Source: a virus
IMG/VR virus record: IMGVR_UViG_3300044614_002617
Location: 1 to 64,000 of that record
Strand: one strand, 5' to 3'
DNA length: 64,000 bases
The position numbers were made by a program, and so were the translations under genes. The notes beneath the pieces are model-generated. The model was not told where the DNA came from. It saw only the letters and a program-made list of their open reading frames with translations, and did not search any database. This document shows positions 21,354-31,500 of this stretch, piece after piece. Numbering within the stretch: the stretch's first letter is position 1; every line of letters begins with the position of its first letter.

Positions 21354-21725
21354 ATGCTTAAGTATTTGGTTTTTTTTGTTTTTTTGGTTGGTTGCGGGCA
21401 ACCGCCAACCCCAGATGAAGTAAAAGCAGAAAACCTTGTGTCTCAGTTTGCGGCTGATTGCAAAAACGTCTATGGGGATAGATGCGATATTCCTATAGTT
21501 GTCCACAGCCTTAGCGAGGCGGCCGACGATCAAACTTGTTGGTTTGAGGATGGAAATCCAGTTAGGCAACTTGTTTTACATAGAAAAATGGTAGTTCAAA
21601 ACAACAAAGAGGCTATTTATGAGTTTTTGTTTATGTGTTCTTTAAATTTAGGAACACTGGAAAAAAATCTTCTTAAGTTTGAAGAGTTTGCCTTGGTGTT
21701 GGGATTTTCTCAAATAAACGAATAA
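21354..21725 (+). CDS. Lipoprotein, likely inactive paralog of the 24675 metalloprotease
   Basis: Lipobox LVGC and a shared Cys pattern. The HExxH position reads 'YEFLF'. Confidence 0.55.
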   Translation: MLKYLVFFVFLVGCGQPPTPDEVKAENLVSQFAADCKNVYGDRCDIPIVVHSLSEAADDQTCWFEDGNPVRQLVLHRKMVVQNNKEAIYEFLFMCSLNLGTLEKNLLKFEEFALVLGFSQINE

Positions 21726-21729
21726 TTTC

Positions 21730-21758
21730 TTGAAAGACTTTTAAAAAGATAGTAAATT
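21730..21758 (+). promoter_or_regulatory. sigma70-type promoter TTGAAA-N17-TAAATT
   Basis: Intergenic, upstream of 21785. Confidence 0.45.
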
Positions 21759-21784
21759 ACCAAAAGTCAACGAGAGGATGCCCC

Positions 21785-22933
21785 ATGAAAAAAATCAATA
21801 TTGGAATTACTATCTTAGTTGAAGATTATAAGACTACAAATCTGTTTAGTAACGGGATTCGGCAAAATGTAATAACCCTTCAAAAACTTTTCAAAAAATG
21901 CAAAAATATAAATAATTCTTATATAATTAACACCTCTGGCATAAAAGGTAGTCCAGCCGGAACTGCGTGGGATGAGTACGCTCCGTTTATTATTACAAAG
22001 GAAGAAGCAAAACAAAAATGTGATTTAATCGTTGTTTGTCACGGCAGCCTTGCCGTAGAAGAATATGCTGCTTTTAGGGCAGCTGGCAAGAAAATAGTCA
22101 AGCAGATCCTCGGCGCGGAATTAGCAATGTTTAATGAACGAACATTATTTAATATTCCCGCTGGAGGTATCTATAAAAAAAATGAACATGTTTCCGCAGT
22201 TTGGCTTAGCCCTCACTTTTACGAGAGGGATCAGTATTTTTTTCAAGCAATCTACGGTTGCGAAACCCATATTGGCCCATACATTTGGGATAGTAAATTT
22301 ATTCAAGAGCACGTTGAGATTTTTAATAAAAATCAAAAATACAACTTTACTGCAAATTACGTCCCGAGTGGAGAAAAAGCAAAAAAAATTTCCACTATGG
22401 AGCCAAACTTAAATGTGGTAAAAACCTGCGCTGTTCCGTTAATTACGGCGGAGCTTTTGGAAAGAAAAAGTCCAGAAACCATAAAGTTTTTTAGCGTTTT
22501 TGGCGGAAAAGAAGTTATGGAAAAACCTGATATGATTCAAATGGTTAAAGACTTTGAAATTAACAAAAATAAAAAATGTTTTTTTGAGGCAAGATATCCA
22601 ATTGTGTGGACACTAAAGGAACATACCGATATTGTTTTGTGTCATCAAAATCAATGTGAATTAAATTATTTGTACTTAGATGCTGCATGGCTTGGGTATC
22701 CAGTGGTGCACAATAGTCCGATGATGAAAGAATTGGGTTGGTATTACCCGCAAAACGATTCAGAAACGGCAATTAAGCACTTAGAATACATAGCCAACCA
22801 TTTTGATACAAATGATTATGTAGACGAAAAATATTTAAAAAAATCAAGAGAATATGCGGCTCAATTCTTGCCGGATAACCCTAAGAATATTAAAGCGTAT
22901 GAAAAGCTAATTGAAAGGGTATATAACTCTTAA
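21785..22933 (+). CDS. DUF2827-like, glycosyltransferase-like (GT-B) protein
   Basis: 'IGIT...NGIRQN', 'MEPNLNVVKT' and 'HQNQCELNYLYLD..WLGYPVVHNS...GWYY' motifs. Confidence 0.65.
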   Translation: MKKINIGITILVEDYKTTNLFSNGIRQNVITLQKLFKKCKNINNSYIINTSGIKGSPAGTAWDEYAPFIITKEEAKQKCDLIVVCHGSLAVEEYAAFRAAGKKIVKQILGAELAMFNERTLFNIPAGGIYKKNEHVSAVWLSPHFYERDQYFFQAIYGCETHIGPYIWDSKFIQEHVEIFNKNQKYNFTANYVPSGEKAKKISTMEPNLNVVKTCAVPLITAELLERKSPETIKFFSVFGGKEVMEKPDMIQMVKDFEINKNKKCFFEARYPIVWTLKEHTDIVLCHQNQCELNYLYLDAAWLGYPVVHNSPMMKELGWYYPQNDSETAIKHLEYIANHFDTNDYVDEKYLKKSREYAAQFLPDNPKNIKAYEKLIERVYNS

Positions 22934-22944
22934 GGGGAAGTGCG

Positions 22945-23193
22945 ATGAAGGAAACATGGATTAGCGCAGCTAAAATAAAAAAAATGTTCAATCTTGAGCA
23001 AGAAGATTTAAATCAACTTGAACGAGAGGGAAAAGTTCAGACGATGTTGGCAGTCGGCAATCGAAAGCTTTATCTGGCCGCAAGCTTAGAGGGATACGAA
23101 AAAAAAACAAAGACCGTCTCGGAGCCGTCAAAGCACGACTCTTCAAAAACAAAACCAAGTTTTTTAAAAAGACTCCTGTCGAAATTTTTTTAA
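22945..23193 (+). CDS. Small MerR/excisionase-like HTH protein
   Basis: 'SAAKIKKMFNL...LEREGKV...GNRKLY'. Confidence 0.45.
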   Translation: MKETWISAAKIKKMFNLEQEDLNQLEREGKVQTMLAVGNRKLYLAASLEGYEKKTKTVSEPSKHDSSKTKPSFLKRLLSKFF

Positions 23194-23205
23194 CCAAGGA
23201 AAAAA

Positions 23206-23418
23206 ATGAAAGAATCTCAATGGCTTCTGGCGCAAAAAGCTTACGATAGAGTTCGGGAATTGTTAGCTGAAGACGGTCAGACGATGGAACAGGCGCAAAA
23301 AACGCTTGAAACGCTTGTGCTGTTTGTGGTTGGCAGTAAGCTAAATAAAGAAGAAAGCAATGTTCATCTAGCCAAGTTTTTAGAATCTGTGTTAAAAGGC
23401 GATAAGCCTCAGTGTTAG
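23206..23418 (+). CDS. Hypothetical protein
   Basis: 70-aa ORF with an AAGGA RBS. Confidence 0.55.
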   Translation: MKESQWLLAQKAYDRVRELLAEDGQTMEQAQKTLETLVLFVVGSKLNKEESNVHLAKFLESVLKGDKPQC

Positions 23419-23455
23419 TTAGAAATATTTTAATTTTTTTTAAACTGGATTTTTT

Positions 23456-23794
23456 ATGAAATATTTATTTTTATGCGCATTATTGATTGGTTGTGCGACA
23501 TCTCCGCAAGTTCCAAATTCGGCCTCACAGCCAACACCCTCCCCAGCCCCAATGCCCACGCGCAAGCCAAAATATAAAACCGGAGACTGTTTGATGATTG
23601 TGGATCTACCTAGCGGCGAGATCGAATCTCGTCATAGAGTCAGGATTGAGAGGATTGGCGTAGACCGATACTACTACAGATGGCTTCTTGACGGCAATCG
23701 TTGGGACTCGGAACTGTCGAGCGGTGCTGGCAAATTTGAAGTTTTAGAAAAGATTTCAAAAAAAGTATTTGACTGCCCTAAAGTTTCACCGTAA
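23456..23794 (+). CDS. Lipoprotein with Pro-rich linker and SH3-like beta domain
   Basis: Lipobox LIGC and 'KYKTGDC...RIERIG...DCP'. Similar to 62315..62653. Confidence 0.6.
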   Translation: MKYLFLCALLIGCATSPQVPNSASQPTPSPAPMPTRKPKYKTGDCLMIVDLPSGEIESRHRVRIERIGVDRYYYRWLLDGNRWDSELSSGAGKFEVLEKISKKVFDCPKVSP

Positions 23795-23805
23795 ATGGTC
23801 GATAA
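23779..23805 (+). promoter_or_regulatory. sigma28/FliA-type promoter TAAA-N15-GTCGATAA
   Basis: TAAAGTTT...GTCGATAA, followed by an AAGGAGG RBS and ATG 23844. Confidence 0.75.
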
Positions 23806-23843
23806 GTCTTATGTAAGCGGTTCAGCTTGCTAAGGAGGTTCTC

Positions 23844-24089
23844 ATGGCAATGCAGGTTTATGTAATTACATCTGTAGTCAACTCCGAGGAAAAGTCTTCA
23901 GATTACGGTGCTCCCGGCATTTGGTACGAGGTTTTTAGCAACAAAGATGCCGCAATTACTCTTCTTAAAGAATGGGGCTGCGAGCCATTACCAAATACTC
24001 CAGACGCCTTTCTTGCTAAGAAAGAGTTCAATGGAAAAATGTTCAATTTTTACTATAAGATTAACACTCAGTTTTTTGCGGGAGCCTAA
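23844..24089 (+). CDS. Hypothetical protein
   Basis: Strong RBS. First gene after a sigma28-type promoter. Confidence 0.65.
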   Translation: MAMQVYVITSVVNSEEKSSDYGAPGIWYEVFSNKDAAITLLKEWGCEPLPNTPDAFLAKKEFNGKMFNFYYKINTQFFAGA

Positions 24090-24092
24090 GAT

Positions 24093-24182
24093 ATGACTGA
24101 ATATCAATTGTTTTTAGTGTTTGCGGTCGTTGTTGCGGCTTTGTTTACGTTGGGGCTGACCGTTAATATTCTTCAAGACTAA
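24093..24182 (+). CDS. 29-aa single-TM peptide (MTEYQLFLVFAVVVAALFTLGLTVNILQD)
   Basis: Read manually. Fills the gap between two genes and has a GGAG RBS. Confidence 0.45.
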   Translation: MTEYQLFLVFAVVVAALFTLGLTVNILQD

Positions 24183-24193
24183 GGGGTCTTATC

Positions 24194-24472
24194 ATGGCTA
24201 ACCACAGAATCATGCTCCAAGCTTCGAGTTTTCTGACTCAAATGGGAATCCCGTTTCAGTCAGTTAAGATGTTTGGTAACCTGTTGGTTATCCACACCAA
24301 TGATTATCAGTCCGCAGAAGTTATTCAGAGTATCCTAAATGGCTCAGGGGTTAGCAAAACAGGCATTGAAGAGCCAGACAGAGCCAACGATGACTATGTG
24401 GTTACAGGACTTATTAATGACGCTTTAGGCGAAGCTCTTGATGATTTTGATGATATGGATGAAGAGCAATGA
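24194..24472 (+). CDS. Hypothetical protein with acidic tail
   Basis: 92-aa ORF with an AAGGGG RBS. Confidence 0.6.
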   Translation: MANHRIMLQASSFLTQMGIPFQSVKMFGNLLVIHTNDYQSAEVIQSILNGSGVSKTGIEEPDRANDDYVVTGLINDALGEALDDFDDMDEEQ

Positions 24473-24660
24473 AACACATTTATTTCGTCATTTTTTTTCA
24501 GATTTGCGGCAACACAATGGCTATTTTTGAGGACGGCAAGCCCACATTAGCTTGTCACTTGGTTAAGCAATTGTGCACAGACTTGACCGTTCCTCAATTA
24601 ATGATACTGCGTCAGACGTCTACTTGCACAAAAATAAAAGAGTTTAAAATTATTGAATAG
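24469..24660 (+). CDS. Small Cys-containing hypothetical protein
   Basis: ATGA overlap with the upstream gene. Confidence 0.45.
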   Translation: MKHIYFVIFFQICGNTMAIFEDGKPTLACHLVKQLCTDLTVPQLMILRQTSTCTKIKEFKIIE

Positions 24661-24674
24661 TTAAGAGGTAGTTT

Positions 24675-25274
24675 ATGCGTTTTGTTTTTATGTTAAGCCT
24701 GCTGGTTGGTTGCGGCACTGTGGAAACAAAAACCGTAGAAGTTGAAAAGCCTGTCCCACAGCCTTTTTACATAGACACAAAAAAAGTAGACGCTAAGTTA
24801 CTTCCCCATGTAATGGAGTTTGCCGCCTATTGTGAAAAGTTTGACACGTCCGATACATGTAAAGAAAATTTTAAAAAAATTCACTCAATACGAATTGTTG
24901 AGTCCTTTCCTGAAAAGTTTGTTATTGGTAAGTGTTATGTTTCTGCCACAAAACGCTGGATTGAAATTCTTGATTGGCGGGATACTGATTCTTTTTTGAC
25001 TAAAACCTTGGTAACTCATGAACTGGCTCACTGCGTTCTTGGCAATCCTTTCCCTCATTATGATGAGGAGGACGACATTATGAACTCTTACATCTTGTCA
25101 GAGCAAACTATTTTTCGCAGTTGGCCGCAACTTATTAAGGCTATGTTTTTGCGCGCTGGCGGCACTTTACCATTGACACAAGAAGAAAATGTCCCTACAA
25201 TTACTCAGTCAACTATTTCTGAGACGGGAGGGCTTGCCTGTGAAACCAGAGAAGATTCGCTATCAAAATATTGA
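24675..25274 (+). CDS. Lipoprotein zinc metalloprotease (metzincin/matrixin-like)
   Basis: Lipobox LVGC. 'HELAHCVLGNPFPH' zinc-binding motif followed by a 'DIMNS' Met-turn. Confidence 0.7.
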   Translation: MRFVFMLSLLVGCGTVETKTVEVEKPVPQPFYIDTKKVDAKLLPHVMEFAAYCEKFDTSDTCKENFKKIHSIRIVESFPEKFVIGKCYVSATKRWIEILDWRDTDSFLTKTLVTHELAHCVLGNPFPHYDEEDDIMNSYILSEQTIFRSWPQLIKAMFLRAGGTLPLTQEENVPTITQSTISETGGLACETREDSLSKY

Positions 25275-25611
25275 AGAGCAGTTTCCGCAACTTTTACAGT
25301 GTGGACTCGAAGTTAATGAGGGGTGGCTTCCTTTAATTTGGGATATGTGTGAGCAACTTTTGGCATCAAGAGAGGCTATTAATATTCCAATTTCAAAAGA
25401 AAATCCTTTGCACTTTGTTCAAATTAAAGAAAAGTTTGGAACCCTAAGGGCTTATGCTGTTACATCTACTGAGGAAGACGAAAAAATTATCTCTATGTTT
25501 GAGGACATGAGTCAGTTTATATGCGATGTTTGTGGAGATCCGGGAAAGATTAGAGGCAAACACTGGGTATATACAGCTTGTGATGCACACACAAAACCTT
25601 CTGATAAGTAA
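25240..25611 (+). CDS. Conserved phage protein with C-terminal zinc ribbon
   Basis: 'GW..LI...QIKEKFGTLR.Y...CDVCG.PG...W..T.C..H' pattern. GTG 25240 follows a GGGAGGG RBS. Confidence 0.6.
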   Translation: MKPEKIRYQNIEEQFPQLLQCGLEVNEGWLPLIWDMCEQLLASREAINIPISKENPLHFVQIKEKFGTLRAYAVTSTEEDEKIISMFEDMSQFICDVCGDPGKIRGKHWVYTACDAHTKPSDK

Positions 25612-25616
25612 AAGTT

Positions 25617-26519
25617 ATGAATTTTTTTAAGTTTTTACGAGTTACAGAAGCGGCAGCTATTGCCAGTTCTAAATGGATTGGTAAGATGGACAAAAATGCA
25701 GCGGACGGAGCCGCTGTAGACGCCATGAGAGCAGAATTTGAGTTTATGGACATTCAAGGCGTTGTGGCTATTGGCGAAGGTGAGTTAGACGAAGCTCCTA
25801 TGTTGTACATTGGAGAAAAGCTGGGAATGGGTTGTGGCGACAAGTGTGACATTGCCGTAGATCCGCTAGAGGGTACCGAATTGGTTGCTAAAGGTAGGCC
25901 CAACGCTATCTCCGTGATGGTCGTGGGGGAGCAGGATACCCTTATGCGAGCACCTGACTGTTATATGAACAAAATAGTTGTGGGGCCAAAAGCCAAGAAT
26001 GCTCCGGTAAGTCTGTTTAAGGCTCCTGAACAAAACCTTAAAGCAATTGCCGACACAATGAAAAAATCAGTCAAAGATCTGACTGTTTGTGTCCTAGATA
26101 GGCCAAGACATACTGATTTGATTAAAGAAATTACCGAATCAGGAGCTAAAATATCACTTATTAGTGACGGCGACGTACTCGCTGCTATTGGTGTGTGTAT
26201 TGGCAAGTACGATGTGCTGATGGGGATTGGCGGTGCTCCGGAGGGTGTTATTTCGGCTGCAGCAGTCAAGAGTCTGGGTGGAAGGATTCTGGGACGTTTA
26301 GTATTAGACACACTAGAGATCAAAGAACGAGCCGCCAAGATGTGTAAGTGCGATGATATAGAGTACGATACAGCAGATATGGCTTACGGTGAACATATAG
26401 CCTTTATTGCGACAGGAGTGACAGACTCTTTTTTGCTGAACGGAGTCACTCAAGATGAAGTTCACTCAGTCATACTGACTCCAAAAGAAAGAAGATTTAT
26501 AAAGACGACTTATGGCTAA
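25617..26519 (+). CDS. glpX: Class II fructose-1,6-bisphosphatase (GlpX), auxiliary metabolic gene
   Basis: 'RVTEAAA', 'IGEGELDEAPMLYIGE', 'DIAVDPLEGT', 'LDRPRH', 'ISDGDV', 'GIGGAPEGVISAAA' and 'ATGVTD' motifs are all present. Confidence 0.92.
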   Translation: MNFFKFLRVTEAAAIASSKWIGKMDKNAADGAAVDAMRAEFEFMDIQGVVAIGEGELDEAPMLYIGEKLGMGCGDKCDIAVDPLEGTELVAKGRPNAISVMVVGEQDTLMRAPDCYMNKIVVGPKAKNAPVSLFKAPEQNLKAIADTMKKSVKDLTVCVLDRPRHTDLIKEITESGAKISLISDGDVLAAIGVCIGKYDVLMGIGGAPEGVISAAAVKSLGGRILGRLVLDTLEIKERAAKMCKCDDIEYDTADMAYGEHIAFIATGVTDSFLLNGVTQDEVHSVILTPKERRFIKTTYG

Positions 26520-28488
26520 AAAGAAAGAACCAGAGCTAACAGAAGAGCAGCGGCTACGCATTGAGATGCGTAAACGTCTTTTGTTTACTATCTGTGAATC
26601 CAAAGAAGAGCTTCAGCAATTTATCAAGACTTTCTTGAAGCTAGACTTGCCGGACTGTACAGTAGATGAACTATCTACTTCCAATCCTATGGAGTCTGTT
26701 TGGCAAATTTACTGCACCATGAAGACCAACAAAGGTGCCCACCGTGTTGTTGTGGCTGCTTCCCGTAACTCAATGAAAACCGTTATATCCGCAGTCATTC
26801 ACTGGCTGGCTATGGTTCACTTTAGGCGCTCGTGTCTACAAATTGCCGCAATTAAAGATCAGTCTTATAAAGCAATTAAATATCTCAAAAAATTTCTTCG
26901 TATTCCGGAACTTCAAGATCATTTTGAAACTAACAGAGCCGGCGAGCTTAGACTATCTAATTTGCCTCCCAACTCATATACATCTAAAGACGATGCCGAC
27001 GTATTCGTGACGGCAGCAACCCTCGAAGGTGCCAACTCATCCCGCGCCTCTATAATTATTCGAGACGAGTGTGACTTGACACCTAGAGAAATCCTTTCAG
27101 AAGTCGCCATGGTTGCCGACCCCACTCAAGACGAGCATGGTTTCGAGCCAATTACAATTTCTCTGTCGTCTCGTAAGACTTCTCAAGGGCCTTTGCAGGA
27201 ACTTATGGAAGAAGCTGAAAAAGGCGAAGATTCCGATATTAGACTAGATAAATGGTCAGCGGTAGACTTTATGAAAAAGTGTCCGCCCGAAGTTCATGGA
27301 GAAAAAAGACTCAAAGCGTATCTTCATACCGAAAATCTTAAAGTTAGATGGGATGAAGAGACGTTCCAGGACGAGCCGCAGGCGATTAAGACTAAGTATA
27401 AAGAAATACTAGCTTATGAAGGTTGTGTTACTTGTCCTGCGTTTATTGCCTGCCAAGCCCGCGCTCCCAAGCAAACAGGCAAATCGAAAACACTTAGGAC
27501 AATCGCCTTTACGGGCAACTTCATCAAAGAGACTAAAGAAGCCAACAAGATTATTGCTCAGATTCTAAATTGGCGTCCTGAAACCGGCGGCCTAGTGTTT
27601 CCTACGTTTAGTCGTCATCTTCATGTAAGAAACATAGAAGAAACTTGGTATTGGATGACTGGCCAACAATGGAAAGCCAACAGGAAATGCACTAAGCAGG
27701 ATGTCTATGCTTGGGCAGTGACTAATAAATGGGAAGTAAGTTTTGGGGTTGACTGGGGCGTTAGAGATGCCGCCGTGGTTACAGTAATTCTGTATTCACA
27801 AACTCAATCACGCTGTATTGTCTTAAGCGTTCGCGCAGCTACTGGGTATCCTAACTCTCAATGGGCTGAAACCATTAGACAAAAAGAGTGTATGACATTT
27901 CCGCCAGATATTGTGTGTCCCGATATGGCCGATGCCGGATCCGCTCACTATTTTCAACCATATGGATTTGCTGTCAAATCTAAAAAACCAGCTCAAATTG
28001 AAACCGGTGTAAGTCAAATTCAATCGCTGCTGTGGAACGTAGAGCGACAAGAGTCCGACGTAGTATTTTGTAAGGCAGAAAACGATTCCGGTATGGATTT
28101 TGCTGTTGATTGCATGATTGGGTGGATGCACAAGAAAGACCCTCGTGGAGAATTTGACACGAGCAGATACGAAGATGATGATAATACTCACTTTCCCGAT
28201 GCCTTTCGTTATGCATTGGATAAGTACAGAACTTCTATGGAAATTCGTATTGCTAGCAAGAAAAACATCGAACAGGCGCCCACAACTCGCGAGCAAGCAT
28301 ACCGCAAGGATATTGACGCCGCTATGTATGATACCTATAAAGAAATGGGTGTGCCTTTAATGCCGTCTCAACTAGCTGAAATGACTATAGACGCTTATAG
28401 AAAAGCGGGCATGGGGCATCTTATTGAGGGAGACGCCCAAGGCTCTACGCCCGAACCAAAGAAAAAACTAATTAAGTTTAGTATCTAG
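26512..28488 (+). CDS. terL: Terminase large subunit
   Basis: Deviant Walker A 'VVVAASRNSMKT', Walker B 'IIIRDE', motif III 'SLSS', RNase H-like nuclease 'GVDWG' and 'HFPDAFRY'. Confidence 0.8.
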   Translation: MAKKKEPELTEEQRLRIEMRKRLLFTICESKEELQQFIKTFLKLDLPDCTVDELSTSNPMESVWQIYCTMKTNKGAHRVVVAASRNSMKTVISAVIHWLAMVHFRRSCLQIAAIKDQSYKAIKYLKKFLRIPELQDHFETNRAGELRLSNLPPNSYTSKDDADVFVTAATLEGANSSRASIIIRDECDLTPREILSEVAMVADPTQDEHGFEPITISLSSRKTSQGPLQELMEEAEKGEDSDIRLDKWSAVDFMKKCPPEVHGEKRLKAYLHTENLKVRWDEETFQDEPQAIKTKYKEILAYEGCVTCPAFIACQARAPKQTGKSKTLRTIAFTGNFIKETKEANKIIAQILNWRPETGGLVFPTFSRHLHVRNIEETWYWMTGQQWKANRKCTKQDVYAWAVTNKWEVSFGVDWGVRDAAVVTVILYSQTQSRCIVLSVRAATGYPNSQWAETIRQKECMTFPPDIVCPDMADAGSAHYFQPYGFAVKSKKPAQIETGVSQIQSLLWNVERQESDVVFCKAENDSGMDFAVDCMIGWMHKKDPRGEFDTSRYEDDDNTHFPDAFRYALDKYRTSMEIRIASKKNIEQAPTTREQAYRKDIDAAMYDTYKEMGVPLMPSQLAEMTIDAYRKAGMGHLIEGDAQGSTPEPKKKLIKFSI

Positions 28489-28567
28489 TGCTAAAATAAT
28501 CTCACCGAATGGTATTTAAAGTCTGCGTTTTATTTGTGGGCTATACACACAAACAGTGAGAGAAAAA

Positions 28568-31500
28568 ATGGCACTAAAGGATAAAACCAAATTACATATT
28601 AGATATAGCCTAGTTAATCCAGACGCAGCCGAGGATTTGATAAATAGCGTTGAGCAAAGATCAGACGCAGATATTGCCGCCGACGCCGAGCTTTTTGCTG
28701 CAATCCAAAATGAACAGGCAGCCAGAATTGCCTCAGACTCCACAATTCACAATAAAATCAACGCAGAAGCCGCCGCTCGTAATAATTCTTTGGCCATGGA
28801 GTCTGAAGCACGTCGCACAGCTGACGACGAACTAGAAGAGCGCTTAGATGTAGTACAGGGCTCCGACGCAGTCGCAGGGTCTATAGCAAATTCTTTAAAA
28901 AATGCAAAAGCTTATACGGACAGTTCTGTTAGCACAGAAAGCGCAAGGGCAATCAACGCTGAGGCGTCTTTAAGTGCAAAAATTAACAACATGGCGTCAA
29001 ACGTAGATCCCGTTGCCTTAGACTCTTTGTCTGAGATTGTAAGCGCTTTTCAAGACGCTGACTCAAATTTAAACAGCGCTATTACTACCTTGGCTAACAA
29101 TGGCACCGCTAATCTAAATGCAGAAAAAACTGCCCGCATGGCTGCTGATGCCTTATTAAGCGGTCGTTTAGATGTTTTAGAAGGCTCTGATACTGTTACC
29201 GGTTCGGTCGCAAAAGCTCTTAAGGATGCCAAGGCGCACACAGATGCAGAGAAGGCAGAAAGAATTGCAGCGGTTTCTGTGGAAAAAAATAGCCGCATAG
29301 CCGCAATCGACGTTGAGGCGACTGCAAGAGAACTTGCCGATAATATTGAAAAATCAGAAAGAGTCGCGGCGGACTCTGCCGAAAGGGCATCCCGCACCGC
29401 AGCTATTAGTGCGGAAGCGCAGTCCCGTAGAGATGCAGACGGTTTGCTGCAAGCCTCGATCGTTAATGCAGAACTTTCTCTTGCAGAATCATTAAATAAC
29501 CAAAAAAACACACTCGAAGCTTCAATTGATAACGAGGTTTTCGCTCGTACACAAGCCGATGCAAACTTGTCATCTTCGCTCTCTAGCGAAGTAAACCGCG
29601 CACAATCCGCTGAATCTGGCTTATCGAACGCTTTATTTGCGGAAGTGGCTCGCGCACAAGCCGCCGAAGTCGCGCTTCAGTCTTCTTTAGATGTAGAGAT
29701 TTCAGCAAGGCAAATCAGTGATGCGGATATGTCCGCCCTCCTTGGCGCAGAGCAAACTGCTCGTCAAAATGCAGACGCAATTTTACAGGCCAATATTTCG
29801 TCTGAGCAAGCGGCCAGAATTGCAGCCGACAATCAACTGCAAAATGCAATCAATATTGAGTCAACCTCCCGTAAAGCTGAAATCGCTGAAGAAATGTCTG
29901 CAAGAAAAGCAAACGACGTTAATCTTCAGAATATGATTGCACTTGAAAGCACTCAGAGAGCGGAGGCCGATTCGGCAATTCAAAATAGCCTTGCCTTAGA
30001 GTCAGCTTCTCGACAGAACTCTGATAATACTATACAAAATAATCTTAATGCTGAAATTGTCTTAAGGCAAAGTGCGCTCGCAACCGAGGCTGCGGCACGC
30101 CAAAGCGCAGACTTGGTTTTACAAGGAAATCTTGACGCTGAAAAAACAGCACGCGAAAACGCTGACAATTCTTTGCAAGTATCTATCAATAATGAAGTTT
30201 TGGCTAGACAGTCCGCTGTTGCAGCCGAAGCCGCAGCTCGTCAAGCCGCTGATGCCGCGCTTCAGGCGAGTATTAATAATGTTTTGTCCAATTTAGACAC
30301 AGGTGCGCTCGATTCGTTGTCAGAAATCGTTGCAGCGTTTCAGGATGCTGACTCCAACCTTCAGGGCGCCATTTCCAGCCTTGCCGTTAATAGCTCGTCC
30401 AAAGTGGACGATGAGGCGACCGCAAGGATTGCGGCGGACAATTCTCTTGCAGCTGCTATTGAGCTAGAAGCTCAAGAGAGAGACGAAGCATATCAGTCAC
30501 TTCAAAATCAGATGGACAGCGAAATTTCAACCCGTCAAGATGAAATCGACGCAGAAATTACCGCTCGTCAAAACGCAGATTCATCTCTAGAGGCAGCTAT
30601 TGCTGCGGAGCAGTCCAGCCGAGCTTCCGGAGACAACTTTTTGCAAATTCAAGTAGACGAGCTCGCCGACTACTTTAAAACACAGCAACAAGCATCTAGT
30701 ATATCCTCTACAAATGCACTTAACGCAGAAGCATCTTTACGTCAAAGCAGCGACGAGGCTCTTCAGGCGGCGATTGATTCCGAAGCCGCTCGCGCTCTTG
30801 CTGCGGAATCTGCACTTGCAGTAAGAATTGACAATGTTCTCTCAAATATTGATCCAGATGCTCTTGATTCTTTAGCGGAAGCTGTAACCGCATTTCAGGC
30901 TGCTGATTCTGAAATTCAAGCTGCCATCTCCAGCCTTGCTTCATCGGGCGCTGCTGGCTTGGATGAAGAGCGATCTGCTCGTGCCGCCGGCGATGTTGTT
31001 TTGGAAGCAAGTTTGTCCGCAGAGGCCGCAGCTCGTGAATTGGAAGATGCAAGTATTCGATCAGCTTTAAGTGCAGAAATTGCTGTCAGAGAAGCATCCA
31101 ATTTTGCTGAAATGTCTCGTGCAATTGCAGCGGAAGTTGCTGTTCAGGAAAATCTAAATGCCGAAGTTCTGCGCGCAGTCGGAGCAGAAGCTGCGCTTCA
31201 GGTGGCGCTAAGCGATGAAGCGTCTTCTCGCGTTGCAGCTGTTACAGAAGCTCAAGACTCCATCAATATTGAAAAAACAGCTCGCATGGCGGCCGACACT
31301 CAACTTCAAGAAAAAATTGATGTTGAAGTTTCTAACCGTATCGCTGCGGACAATTCAGAAAGCGCAGCCCGTTTGGCGGCTGATAATGATTTGTCAAATC
31401 GTATTGATATTCTAGAAGGCTCGGACGCAATTGTTGGCTCAGTTGCAAAAGCCCTTAAAGACGCCAAGGCGCACACAGATGCGGAAGTGTCTACCGAACA

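Noticed and set aside
23379-23405. GGCGATAA as an additional sigma28 -10 box
   Set aside because: No TAAA at 15-16 nt spacing, and it lies inside a CDS.
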